IMG/VR virus record: IMGVR_UViG_3300025598_002228 | Span: 5,029 to 69,028 of that record | Reading direction: 5' to 3' (one strand) | From: a virus | DNA: 64,000 nt | In this document: positions 39,991 to 51,600 of the stretch, piece after piece | Layout: every line of letters starts with the position of its first letter | How positions within the stretch are numbered: position 1 is the stretch's first letter | The notes under the pieces: model-generated | Database searches by the model: none | Told to the model about the DNA's origin: nothing | What the model saw: the letters and a program-made list of their open reading frames with translations, nothing else | Position numbers and translations under genes: made by a program

Positions 39991-41431
39991 TTAGAATAAC
40001 CAATCAAAAATTCCCATCCCCCCTTTTTCTTTGGATGAGTTATTTGATTTGCTATCTTCACCTGTTGTAGGTTGCTGTGGTACGGCTGTTGATTCTCCAT
40101 ATGCAGCAGCAGGTGATGGTGTTTGCTCAGTAGGTGGTTCTTCGAGGTTTTCCTCTGCATAGTCCATGATTTCATTTGCTAATTTAGCAGATTCATGTTC
40201 TATGTTAATTTTTTCTTTTTCGTCAGGTTTTTGTGAATACTCATCTGCTTTTAAAATTAGCTTGATGATTTTTTCATTTAATTCTTTTGGTAAACTACTT
40301 TGCGATAGCCCATACTGACTTAGGGCTTCTAAATGTGCCAAATACAAATCATTAACCATAATGTTAGCGGTTTAAATTAAGAAAGTATAAATCACGACAA
40401 ACCTACGAAAGTTTATTGTGATTTATATAATTTTCTTAATTCTTTTTTTTCACAGGATTATGGCTATAGTGCCCTAGTACTTTTCCAGCTTTTTTACCTG
40501 CTGTTTTACCGTGCTTACTTCCCAATACCGCACCTGCCTCTTTCGCTGGTGTTACTGGGAATTTGTGTGTGCCTACTAATTTCTCAGCATGAGTATGTAG
40601 GGTATGGATTATTGAGTTACTCTTATGTGCCATTGTTTTTTTATTTTGTGGTGAATTAAATTGGTTAATGTGTTATTCCTTAACTTCATTGATAGCTTCA
40701 TCTATCGCCTCTTTAAGGGCTTTCTTTAGCTTATTGATACTTGTTTCGGGAATAATTTTATTGAGGGCTGAAAATGCATCTTCCATTTTGTGTTTAAAGG
40801 AATTTAATGCCGCTATCACCTCTTTGGGTTTATTATCAATAGTTTTTTCAGGAATAGCATCGTGTATGTTACTGATTAAGGTCTCTACCTTATCGGCAGC
40901 TTTTACTATATCACTTTTTGTTTTATGCTTATTTGCATAACGCTTGCTTTGGTTTACTCGTGCTTTAACTGCCAATATTGCCTGCCTGCAATCTTCCAAA
41001 TCATAATGCTTGCCATCTACTTGTATAATAGATTGCTTTTTGTGCTTTTCTTCTGCTTCTTCGAGTTCCCGCTTTTGCTCTGCCTTTTCAAACTTTTCAA
41101 TTTCTTTATCTTGTTTTTTAGGCATAAATATTTCATGTGCCCTATTGGTCTGGTGCTCTACCGCCTCTTTTAATTTCTCTTTCTTGCTTGCTTTTTTCGG
41201 AGCACCTGTTTTTGGGGCTTTTGGCGTTTTAGCAGGCTTTTCAGGCTTTTTTTCGCCCTCTGCAATCGCTTCAATCTTTGCTTCTTCTGCCTCTTTCAAT
41301 TCTTTTTCTAAATCAGCTAATGCTGATTCCATTATTTTTTTGTCTTCGGCATTAGTCTCTTCTGATATAGCGATTTTTACATCTTCAATATCTGCTTTTA
41401 TCTGCTCGATGCTTCTGTGTTTTTGTGACAT
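39991..41431 (-). CDS. Three highly charged proteins (39991 acidic; 40436 His/Lys-rich; 40673 Lys/Glu coiled coil)
   Basis: ORF track and composition. Confidence 0.55.
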
Positions 41432-41443
41432 GGATATATTATT

Positions 41444-42769
41444 TTAATTGTTTTTACTGGTATATATTGATAACTCTTCAATGTCTTTAGGCGTTATGCC
41501 CATTTCTTCTGCTAAAGAAACTAATATCCACCCGAAGCTACCACTGCCCCAATCTATATCATATGCAGGCTCATCGCCATGCGGTGTTTGATAGGTGATT
41601 TTTTTTACAGTATTGATATTGTCAAGAGTAATGGGTTTTGTATGCTCATCATAGCCTTCATCTTGTCTTCTAAACTCCTCATTAAGTTTATCAACTATTG
41701 TTTGCAGATGGGCATGGTCGGTCTTATGCTCAGGCTCTTTATCCTGCTGTAAAAATTCTTTGGCAATTTTAATATAGTGGGGCAACTCTTCTTTATCTTG
41801 CTTACGTATATGCACCCCTTCCATCCTTATTTCGTTTATAATAAACTCAAGTTTCTGTAATAGATTTTTAAGGTCTGGGCTTGCCGATTCAGGAAGTTGC
41901 TCTAATTGCTTTTTCAAAAGGTCATTGGTATGTGCCCAGCCTTTTTTGATAAATGGTGTTATAATTTCATTCTTGTCGCCTAAAAGCCTCTCAAAATTCA
42001 CCAATACATAGTGAGCGTTCCATATTGCAGCCATTAATTCGGTATTCATCTCCCCGCCTTGTTTCATATGCTTTGTCGGGTCGTGCTTTGTGAACCTTTC
42101 TATGCTATGTTTCCCTGCAAATTGATAATTACCCTTATGGTCTTTTACATAGTGCCCCTCTGCCGCTTTATCATAATGGGAATAGCGATAAAGATTGCCT
42201 TGTGCATCATAAAAGGTTTCACCCTTAGTATACTTTTTTATTTCACCGCCATGTTGCATTTGTTCATCTACTGGGTCGCCTGTCTGTACTACCGCAGAGC
42301 CGATTACTTCACCTGTTTGAGGCGTTGGGTCGCCTGTGATTTTTTGTAATGTTATGGCTACTTTCCCCCCTTTCTCCCTCATCTCATGTAGCTTCTTTAG
42401 TTTCATTTCGAATATCCTGATTTTGCGCTCTAAGCTTTCTTTATCCTTACCTTCGATTTTAGGCACACGCATCTTAAATATCTTTACTTTTCTTTCTAAA
42501 GATATAATTTGTTCTTCGGTGCTTTTTTCTTCTGATTCAGTAGCTTTTGGCTGCTCATTCGGCTCAGGCTGATAAGATACATATGCATGAGGGTATTCTG
42601 TATCAATAAGGCTTTTAATGTCCTTAAAATATTTATCATCCACCGATACCTTTAGACTTTGAGGGTCTGAAAGTATGTTATCCTTAATATACGTGCCTAC
42701 ATTGATAGGTAGTAAAGCAAGGTTAATCCCTTCAAAATATTCTTTTACCGATGGTATTGCATTATCCAT
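41444..42769 (-). CDS. Multi-module soluble protein with 3 xxGG motifs
   Basis: MREKGG, MQHGG, MKQGG; TAATTTTG promoter at 42775-42782. Confidence 0.65.
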   Translation of the reverse strand: MDNAIPSVKEYFEGINLALLPINVGTYIKDNILSDPQSLKVSVDDKYFKDIKSLIDTEYPHAYVSYQPEPNEQPKATESEEKSTEEQIISLERKVKIFKMRVPKIEGKDKESLERKIRIFEMKLKKLHEMREKGGKVAITLQKITGDPTPQTGEVIGSAVVQTGDPVDEQMQHGGEIKKYTKGETFYDAQGNLYRYSHYDKAAEGHYVKDHKGNYQFAGKHSIERFTKHDPTKHMKQGGEMNTELMAAIWNAHYVLVNFERLLGDKNEIITPFIKKGWAHTNDLLKKQLEQLPESASPDLKNLLQKLEFIINEIRMEGVHIRKQDKEELPHYIKIAKEFLQQDKEPEHKTDHAHLQTIVDKLNEEFRRQDEGYDEHTKPITLDNINTVKKITYQTPHGDEPAYDIDWGSGSFGWILVSLAEEMGITPKDIEELSIYTSKNN

Positions 42770-42796
42770 AATTGCAAAATTAAAGATTTTTTTTAA

Positions 42797-45700
42797 TTAA
42801 TTTTTGTTGTATAATTTCGGGAATCTTTTTCTCAACTCCTTCTCGTTTTCATTATAATACCCACTCTCGAAAGCCAACATTATTTCCCGTGCATAGTTTC
42901 TGGGCTTTCCTTTAATGGCTGGGTACATAAATTCTGTGAGCTTATTATTATGTGCAGGTATTCTCGGCAAGCCATCCCTGCAAGATTCTTCGCCTATTTT
43001 ATAGGCTTCTCGTTTCAATTCATCTAAGTGAGGGTCTGACTTAGCAACCTTACCACCTTTTACAAGTAATTCTTCACCATGAAATAACCTGAGAAGATTA
43101 ACCAGCTTTTTATCGAACTCTACCCTACCCTTTTCAAGCTCTATGTCAAAAATCTGGTTGGTCTTTTTAAGTTGTTCAGCCATTTGATTAGCCTGTATCT
43201 CAGCTAAAGCCCTTGTCTCTTCTTCATGGATGCGGTTTTCTTCCTCTTTATCAACAACGGTCAGTTTCTCAATAAATATATCCTCTGGGCGTTTTTCTTC
43301 ATCCTGATAATCTACGGTGTCATCGAGCGTATCTTTTATGCGTTCAAATTGATTTGGCACTAATGCCACTGTAAGTTTGAATTTCTCTTGCAGATATTCA
43401 ACAAGGTTATCAATTTTAATGGCATTAATTTCCGCAATCATGTTGCCGCCAGACTTTTCAAACTGACCGTTCACAAGTCTTCGTATGAGGTCATCAAGAT
43501 AATACTGTCCACCTAATGATTTAGAAGCAGGTACAATGATTTTGTACTTTTCACCATTCATCCTGCTAAAAGTAAATTGACCTGATGCATAAAGGCTGCT
43601 ACCAAAAGTCATAGATTTAATCAATGGTAAGGCTTTAATCAATGGTACAGTAATACGAAGTGCCTCTTTATCTCTCTTACTTGATGGAGTGAACCCATCA
43701 GGCAGTAATATACCCTTCTTAATACCGCCTGTATTTGTAGTATAGCTAATTAAATTACCTTTCAATTCAGGAACGCCATATGCCTGTAATATGTTACCTG
43801 TAACAATATATCGAATAACGGTATCGCTGCTACTTTCAGCTATTATCTTATCCCAATTGTCTAATGTAGATGCGGTGTCTGATGAATAAATGTTTTCGTA
43901 TGTAAGGGATTTAATTGTATCTATCAATTCATATTTAGACATAGGTATAGCAATATAGCGTAGGCTGTTAGCTACTGCAAATCTTAACTTAATAGCAGAA
44001 GGTGTGTAAGGGTTTTTTGATTTATCATTTATCTGAAATCCTAAACATATTGCCTTATACCATGCCCTATCTATTGTATAGCTTACACTTGGGTAAGCCA
44101 CTACCCTGCCTACTTTGAAAAATTCAAACTCTTTTTGAAGTGAACGCAATCTGTTAGCCGAGCGCGACTTTGCAGATTCAAGTCTTTCTTTTCTGCCTTG
44201 CTCTAATGCTTTTTCCCTGTCATTTACATAGTCTCTCTGTGCCCTTGCATCGTAGCTTAATTTTATAAACCCTTTCTCGCTTGTTATCTCTTCTTTTTGG
44301 TTATCGTAGTGCTCATTTATTTCCTCTTCTTCATTTGCGAGGTTTTGCTCGAATATCATATTTAGTTTTTTGATATTCGCTTTTTGGAGTGATTCAGCAT
44401 TTGCAAACTCCCCTAAACTTTGCTTTAAAAGATTTTCAACCTCAATCTTTTTATATGGCTTTCTGAGGTTTACCACCCTGCATTTTTCTAATACCGAGTT
44501 ACGGCTAAATACGCTCTTGCCACCGATACCCGCTACTACGATTGTATTTTCAAGCGTTTCCGCTTTTAGGTCTACATCTTTTACTTCAAGGTCATATTGG
44601 TCAGTCTGTATTAAAAATTCTACTGTCGAAATATAACGGTTGCTTATTTCAGTGTAGAACTCTTCCTGCTCTTTACAAGATAATATAGCAACCCTGCCTG
44701 ACACCTTTTGCGCAGCATCTATAACTGTTGTTTTCTCTGAATCGGAATCTGATAGTTTTAGCGGGTCGCCTATTTTCTCATTGAACTCTTTATTTTCTAA
44801 GCAATACTCATACACTAACTGGTCGCCTATCTTATTTAAGAAATCAATATTAGCAACATCCATTAACGCCGCAGATTGTTTTTGATTTGAGGTTGTATTT
44901 GCATCCAGTGATTTTAATTTTTTCTGTAGCATCATCATCAACCTTTTCTCCGCAGGTATTGCACTAACTACATAGTCATAAATAGGCTTTAATATTTGAC
45001 CAGTCCTGTGTATTCTGCCTCTCTTTTGTACTTCGGTATTGATATTTAATTCTGCTTGTAAAATTATCATTACCCTTTGCCTCACCTGCTCCTTGCTTAC
45101 TCGCTTAGTTGGCATGGCGTGTGCTGATGCACCTGTACTACCTGATGTGTTAATCAATAAGCAGTCTGCTTCGTTATCATTAAATTGCCTGTAAGCATCG
45201 TTAACTGGGATTTTGTTTCTCGTTTTTACCAAAGCAGTGCCATCAGCATTTAATTTTAATTGCTTATTCCTGCCTGTTACTTCTAACACTTTATATCCAG
45301 CATTCTCAATCCTATCTAATAGCACATCAATAGGGCTACTGCTTATGCCTATAGATGTCTTTTTTATTTTTCGTAACAGCGTTTTATATGCTATTTGGAA
45401 AGATTCGTCCTGTTCAGATATATCTAACACTTTGTATTCTTTTTCACCTTTCGCATCTGATACGGTATATCTAAGTGTTGTATATAAACGTTTCTCTAAT
45501 ATTTTTGAGAAATCGGCATTTACGGTATCTCCTACCTTTATGCTTTCACCACTATCGCTGGTCATATTATCCAAAAAGCTTTCCATCGTATTGGCAAAGC
45601 CTATTACTGGTTTTTTGCCTTCTTTAAGTCGCTGTATAGCAACTTGCGCCACTGCATCAGCCTTTATAGAGAACAATAATTGATTGATAACATTAAATAC

Positions 45701-48607
45701 CCCGCTAAATATAGGTTGATTGGCAATGCCTACTTTGTTAGTACCTTTGGTTTTTTCGACCTGTTTATATTCTTTCTTGGCGATACTATCTGCCTTTGTT
45801 ATTACAGGGTCTACGTACTCCTCCTGAAACTCCATTATCTCCATGATGAGGGTTGTAGCGTTATCCATCATGGATTTATGGGTTTCCTCAAGGTTTAAAT
45901 CAGGATAGCCGCTATCTTCCTGCGATTTGTCGAGATATTTATAATTAACCTCTACCCCTTCAAACGAACGTTCTCTGCGTATTAGTTGCCCTTCCGATAC
46001 AAGGCTTGCAGATATTATTTCCTGTAAGGCTACACCGCCATTCGTTATAGCATAAACTAATGCCTCTGAATCTAAGTTCGAATCGCTCAAACATGTTTTA
46101 TCGGCATAAATAGGCATATTATCTGGTCGCTTTGCAAATGTCGCTGAAAGGAATGTACATCCTTTTGAATTTACCAGCATCTCCTTTAAAAACTCTCCCG
46201 TTTTTGAATCACCGCTCGCATTATGGCTCTCATCCATAATTACAATACTTCCCTTTGCCACACGGTTGATAAACTCGGTCTTTATACCTGCACGGTTGAA
46301 CTGTGAATAAGTTGAAAGTACAAGGTTATAAGGCTTTGCCAGCCTTCCTTTCAAAAATATTTCTTTTTGATTTTCGCCATTTAACCCCTTCGCTGTACCA
46401 GAAAAGCCTTCATATAAAATATTGCCGTTTTCGTCTTTTATAGAAGTCTTTTTGCCACCGCCATTTACAATAAATGGTATTACCCTCTTTTTACCTTTTG
46501 CCTCTTTATCATAGTTGGCATTCTTTCTGAATTTATCAACCTTTATCAATTCATATTTAGAATCCCAGTCTACCTCTTCGCCATCTTCTGATTCATCTTC
46601 ATCAGGTTCTTCAATACGCCTTTTTTCATAGACTGAATCTTCTTTTATTTTAATTGGTATTGCATCATCACTGCCTATTGCTATTAGGTCTCTGTATATA
46701 TCTGAAAACAGGTTGGGTTTTTCTGTGATAAAAATTGGTGTAATGCCTTGCAATAAAGCATACCGTATGATACCTGCCGCGACCCTGCCCTTTCCTGAAC
46801 CTGTGCCGTCTGCGATTATACAGCCCTGTCCTTTTACCTCAATATTATAAATAGCCTGTGCTATGGCATCTACCTGTTCCGCACTAAAGGCATCGCAAAG
46901 GCATTTTAAGCCAGCTTGTTTTTGCTCTATACTGCATTGCCCTACTATATAACCAAGTTTTAAAGCTACAAAAGCATCTACTCCATTTACACGCCTGTTT
47001 AGCTCTTGCATGGCTTTTGTAAGCTCATAACGCATACTTACAGGCACTATAAGGTCAACCGATTTGCAGGTCTCTGATACGGGCTGGTAAGATAGGTCAA
47101 GTAAAACAGGGTTTTGAGGTTCTATTTCTTCTAATGGCGATGCATGGGCTTCTGTCTGCTCAATGGTCTTTACTATTTTGGTTTCATCTTCGGTTTCTTT
47201 TGTTTCTGGTTGGTGGTGGGGTTCATCTGCCGTATGGTTTTCATTAAAATATAGCTTATCAAGTTTTTGGGCAAGTTCCGATGGGGAATATAATTTTTCT
47301 TTACCGAATGTTTCTACAGTATCAAGATATTCTTCTTTGCCGTTTTTATTCATATAGACAACAAGGTCTTTAGCTGATGTGATTTTAAATACCAAATCAT
47401 CATTTCTGGACATCTTAAAGCTATTGGATGTAATATCGAAAACATTATAATCCTTTTTTAGCTCATCAATTAATTCCCTGCCATAGCTTTCAGGCACTCC
47501 CCAGCGTATACCGTATACGAAATGCTCTTCATCTTCAAAATTAGGCTTTTCTGTATTCATGTATAACTCTGTTATCTTGTCGGCTATATAATGTGGAGAA
47601 TAGGGTTCTTTATCCTCTGATATGTATTTTATTGAATCTAAATAACTTTCATCATCTCCAACAACTAAATAAACAAGCAAATCCTCAGAGCTATCTTCAA
47701 TCAAAAATGTTTTGCCCTCATCTTTACTTATCCTAAAGCCTGTTCCATGCATATCGAATATATCGAAACCACTCAGGTCATCTATAACTTTTTTCCCATA
47801 GCTTTCAGGCACTCCTAAATGTTTGCCATAAACGAAATGCCCTTCAACTGCTTGCTTTTCGTTTTCTTGGTCATAAATGTCGTATATCCTGCTTTTTAGC
47901 TTGTAAATAGATACGATACCTTCGGTAGTATCGTAGGCAATATCGGCAATGTGCTTATCGCTTTCTTTATCAATTAAATTAAATTCACCGCCATTGTCAT
48001 TTACTATTACCTTTTTACCATCAGGTTGGCTAATAGTAATTTCCCCTTTCTTTATGTTTGATACGATAAAGCCAGAGCCTTCTAATGCATCTATCAGCCT
48101 TTTTCCATCATTCTTTGGTACGCCATAGCTTGCGCCATATGTAAATTGATTTGGCAGATTTGTTTCTTTACCATCAAAAATATCGTGTATCTCTGATAAG
48201 GCTTTTTGAGTTTCCCCATATTTTTTTTTCATAACCTCCGAAAACATCTTAGGGGTAAAATAAAAATCAAGTTCTACCCCTCTTAATTGAATCAGGTTCT
48301 CGATATTTATATATCCCCATTCAGCATTTTCTCTGTCTCCGTTTAATATTGCATAGCCAAATGCCTGTAATTGGTCTTTCTCTTCGTCTTTTTCCACAAT
48401 GTACCAATCGGACTGTGCTGCAAAATAATGCAGATATACTATTTTATCATCTGCATTTATATTTTCGGTTTCATATGTAGATGGAGTTTTTTCTATTGTT
48501 TTCTCTAATCTTTCACCCACCTCTTTTAGCTCTCCGCTAAAGTTACGAGTTGCCTGTAATTGAACTTTAGGTACAAAATGCTTCAATAATCCTATGTTGA
48601 TTGCCAT
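42797..48607 (-). CDS. Strawberry-notch-type SF2 helicase polyvalent protein with DUF2958-like N-domain and three ~100-aa repeats
   Basis: IADGTGSGKGR, DESHNA, FLSATFAKRP, EVTGR, GSTGASAH, QKRGRIHRTGQ; SDWYIVE..FGY..EWGYI; F.YG...GVP...G...ID.L x3; promoter TATCTTTG 48625-48632. Confidence 0.85.
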   Translation of the reverse strand: MAINIGLLKHFVPKVQLQATRNFSGELKEVGERLEKTIEKTPSTYETENINADDKIVYLHYFAAQSDWYIVEKDEEKDQLQAFGYAILNGDRENAEWGYINIENLIQLRGVELDFYFTPKMFSEVMKKKYGETQKALSEIHDIFDGKETNLPNQFTYGASYGVPKNDGKRLIDALEGSGFIVSNIKKGEITISQPDGKKVIVNDNGGEFNLIDKESDKHIADIAYDTTEGIVSIYKLKSRIYDIYDQENEKQAVEGHFVYGKHLGVPESYGKKVIDDLSGFDIFDMHGTGFRISKDEGKTFLIEDSSEDLLVYLVVGDDESYLDSIKYISEDKEPYSPHYIADKITELYMNTEKPNFEDEEHFVYGIRWGVPESYGRELIDELKKDYNVFDITSNSFKMSRNDDLVFKITSAKDLVVYMNKNGKEEYLDTVETFGKEKLYSPSELAQKLDKLYFNENHTADEPHHQPETKETEDETKIVKTIEQTEAHASPLEEIEPQNPVLLDLSYQPVSETCKSVDLIVPVSMRYELTKAMQELNRRVNGVDAFVALKLGYIVGQCSIEQKQAGLKCLCDAFSAEQVDAIAQAIYNIEVKGQGCIIADGTGSGKGRVAAGIIRYALLQGITPIFITEKPNLFSDIYRDLIAIGSDDAIPIKIKEDSVYEKRRIEEPDEDESEDGEEVDWDSKYELIKVDKFRKNANYDKEAKGKKRVIPFIVNGGGKKTSIKDENGNILYEGFSGTAKGLNGENQKEIFLKGRLAKPYNLVLSTYSQFNRAGIKTEFINRVAKGSIVIMDESHNASGDSKTGEFLKEMLVNSKGCTFLSATFAKRPDNMPIYADKTCLSDSNLDSEALVYAITNGGVALQEIISASLVSEGQLIRRERSFEGVEVNYKYLDKSQEDSGYPDLNLEETHKSMMDNATTLIMEIMEFQEEYVDPVITKADSIAKKEYKQVEKTKGTNKVGIANQPIFSGVFNVINQLLFSIKADAVAQVAIQRLKEGKKPVIGFANTMESFLDNMTSDSGESIKVGDTVNADFSKILEKRLYTTLRYTVSDAKGEKEYKVLDISEQDESFQIAYKTLLRKIKKTSIGISSSPIDVLLDRIENAGYKVLEVTGRNKQLKLNADGTALVKTRNKIPVNDAYRQFNDNEADCLLINTSGSTGASAHAMPTKRVSKEQVRQRVMIILQAELNINTEVQKRGRIHRTGQILKPIYDYVVSAIPAEKRLMMMLQKKLKSLDANTTSNQKQSAALMDVANIDFLNKIGDQLVYEYCLENKEFNEKIGDPLKLSDSDSEKTTVIDAAQKVSGRVAILSCKEQEEFYTEISNRYISTVEFLIQTDQYDLEVKDVDLKAETLENTIVVAGIGGKSVFSRNSVLEKCRVVNLRKPYKKIEVENLLKQSLGEFANAESLQKANIKKLNMIFEQNLANEEEEINEHYDNQKEEITSEKGFIKLSYDARAQRDYVNDREKALEQGRKERLESAKSRSANRLRSLQKEFEFFKVGRVVAYPSVSYTIDRAWYKAICLGFQINDKSKNPYTPSAIKLRFAVANSLRYIAIPMSKYELIDTIKSLTYENIYSSDTASTLDNWDKIIAESSSDTVIRYIVTGNILQAYGVPELKGNLISYTTNTGGIKKGILLPDGFTPSSKRDKEALRITVPLIKALPLIKSMTFGSSLYASGQFTFSRMNGEKYKIIVPASKSLGGQYYLDDLIRRLVNGQFEKSGGNMIAEINAIKIDNLVEYLQEKFKLTVALVPNQFERIKDTLDDTVDYQDEEKRPEDIFIEKLTVVDKEEENRIHEEETRALAEIQANQMAEQLKKTNQIFDIELEKGRVEFDKKLVNLLRLFHGEELLVKGGKVAKSDPHLDELKREAYKIGEESCRDGLPRIPAHNNKLTEFMYPAIKGKPRNYAREIMLAFESGYYNENEKELRKRFPKLYNKN

Positions 48608-48654
48608 GCTATTTGCGATTTTTGCAAAGATACAAAAAAATATATAAATGAATT

Positions 48655-51600
48655 TTAGCGTATTTTGTCTACCCTAATCCATAAGTCCTCAAACGTTTTA
48701 ACAACTTTTCCGCTATTGGTTTCTGTTGCCTCTAATGTTTCATTAAGCAACGGCGGGAACGCTGGTTTCTTTCTCCTGCCATTAATCAATATAAGCCTTA
48801 TATCAAATGCTGTGCCCTGCCGAGAATATAATGCGTGTCCGTCTATATTAATTACATCTTCTACATCATATAACTCATTAAGCAACACAAAGAAAGACCT
48901 ATTTTTACCTGCCTGTATTCTGCCCTCTTTATCCCAAGCACTATGACCACCGATAATAATTGCAGCCTTACCCTCATCTTTCATGGTCTGTAAGGCATTT
49001 AATGCCATAGTGTGTTCCAGCGATGTTATCTTATAGCCGTTATAATCAATAGCATCTACCGCACCAAACGGGGGATTAGTTAACACGGCATCGAACTTAT
49101 TGTCAAACCCATTAAAATGCTTGGTAGCATCCTGATTTAAAACTTCTTTGAAATTTTGAAACTTCAAATCTTTAAGTCGTTGTTTGTCGAGTTCGTTTAC
49201 TATAAATTCATCGGGATAGCCTGCAATGGTGAGTGCCCCATTACCTGCACTCGGTTCAAAATATAAAGCGGTCTTTTTATTTGACCCTATACCGCAATAT
49301 AAGCCCATAAGATAGCCTATCGGTATCGCAGTGGAATATTGTTGCAACTTGATGGATTCACTCGACCTGTGGCTTAAATTGGGCTGATTAAAATATAGCT
49401 TTACGAGTTGTTCGTATTTCTGTTTCTCGGTCAGTTTGCCTTTAAGTGAAATCTCTCTGCCTTTTAATATGATGGCTAACTCGGTCAGTTCTTTAATCTG
49501 TGTTTTATCGGTGATTTCATACTTAGCAGCAATTTTTTCAACACTGCTTTTATTATGCTTTACCTCTGATTCAATGTCTACAAATAGTTCAGATACAAAT
49601 TTATATTCATCTGCTGTTAATGCTGTAAGGTTGTATTCGTAGTTTTTTATTTCCGTGTCAATTAAATCCAACTTATCAGCTATTATCTTTTGCATACTCA
49701 TCATAAAAAGTAATTCCTCCAGCTTTTTTTCAAATGATTTGGTGAGTTCTCCGCCACTGCTATAAATAGGTTCATTAATCAATTCACCGTTACGCCTTAT
49801 AATTCGCGTTTGGTCTTTATCGAATACAACGGTTTGAAATGCTGGATATTTTGCCTGAACAGCATCGTAACCTTGCTCTTTGAGGAATTTTATATCTTCT
49901 TCGTTTATATGCTCAACTTCAATTCTCTTATTGGTATAGGGATTTTTAACTTCTGAAATATGAGTACCATTATTTATAATAAATGGCTTATTTATGAATA
50001 ACTGAACCTCATATTTATTCTTGCCATATTTAATTAATGTATCTGCCTCATTAAAATAGATTCCTTTGTTAGTAAGAGAGTGTTTACGTGTATATTCTTT
50101 ATCGCCTGCCTGAGCAAATTTATCGAATATGGCATCAGAATAATGAATGTATAATTTAGGCATTTTAATATTGCCTCCATTTTCTTTTTTCATAGGGTCG
50201 TTGCCCCAAATTAACAGCGAGAGATATTTACGGGTTTTATTGCCGTTTTTATCTATCAGTTCACCATGATTACCAGACATGCGCTTTATAAACCTTATTT
50301 GCCTTTCTGCCCACTCCCACATTTTTGGTGTCCATTCCTGCGATGGCAGTTCTTTCATTTTAATTATCCATCTTGCCGATTCCCTGCCGTAATGTATGCC
50401 AAGATTATGCGCCTGCTCTGATGACAGCCCTGCCTTTTTTCCCTCTTCACTATTGTAAAAGACTTGTAATTCTTTTGCCGACATGTTTACAAGTTCTTTC
50501 CATATTTTGTATATGTGTGCATTTTCGCTTTCGAATTGACCGCCTTGCTTATATTCGGTAAGTACGTTAATATTATTTTGCAAATAGTCCTCAAGTGCAG
50601 GAATAAGATTATACTCAAAAATATCATTAAGATTAGTTAGCCATGCTACATCGGCATTTTCATAGTTAAGCGATATATCAATGGGGTCTTTTAACTCTAC
50701 ATAATAATAATGAAAATCATAGCCCTCAAATGGTAGGCTTTCTATATGCTCAATATACATATCTCCTTCATAGCCTATTTCTTCCTGTATCTCCCTCTTA
50801 ACTGCTGTGTCTTTATCTTCTCCCGCATCTACCCCACCGCTAAGGATATGCCACATGCCGTCCGTGCTTTCTCCAAGCCTGCCCCTTTTTAGTATCAAAT
50901 AGCCGTGCTCAGGATGGTATATTATGCATCCTACGGTTTGATGCTTTAAATCCCCGCCATCCTCATATCTTATATCAGGGTTATGTGGGTCAAATGTTGT
51001 GTTAGTACCGTCAGCAAGTTTTATTTGTTCGGGGTTAAATGCAATATATTCCTTTATACCTTTTCCAAACTCCGATATTAAACCATTGTAGTTTTTATCC
51101 TTTAAATGATTATATACTTTATCCGTTACTAACTCCTCCATAAGCTCACCTAATTCACCCAATCCTACATTTTCATCTAAAAATGATAATGCTTTTTTTG
51201 ATTCCATTTTTTTTCCGAAAAGTGCAAATACAATATCCGATGCTTGCTTTTCATTTGTAAATAGTCCTGCAATTGTAAAATCTAAAGGTTTTTTGATAGA
51301 TAAAAATGCCGATATAATTCTATTGCCAGCCCCGTTTTCTTTTGTAAAGTTTTCTGCTAACCCTCTATCAGCAATAAAAAAGAAACCATATTTGGTGTTT
51401 TCCCAGCCCGTATTTTTACCTTTTGTTTTTAAATCAAACTTCCAAAATTCTGTATTAGTGCCATGATAAACCACAAGAGGCTCTCCGTTCTCGTCAACTA
51501 CTTTTGATGCATTAGCAGGGTCATGCAGCCAGTCACCAAACCAAGAAATAAACTCAGGCGTTCTTACTAATTTATATTGCTCTGGTGTAAGATTTGAAAT

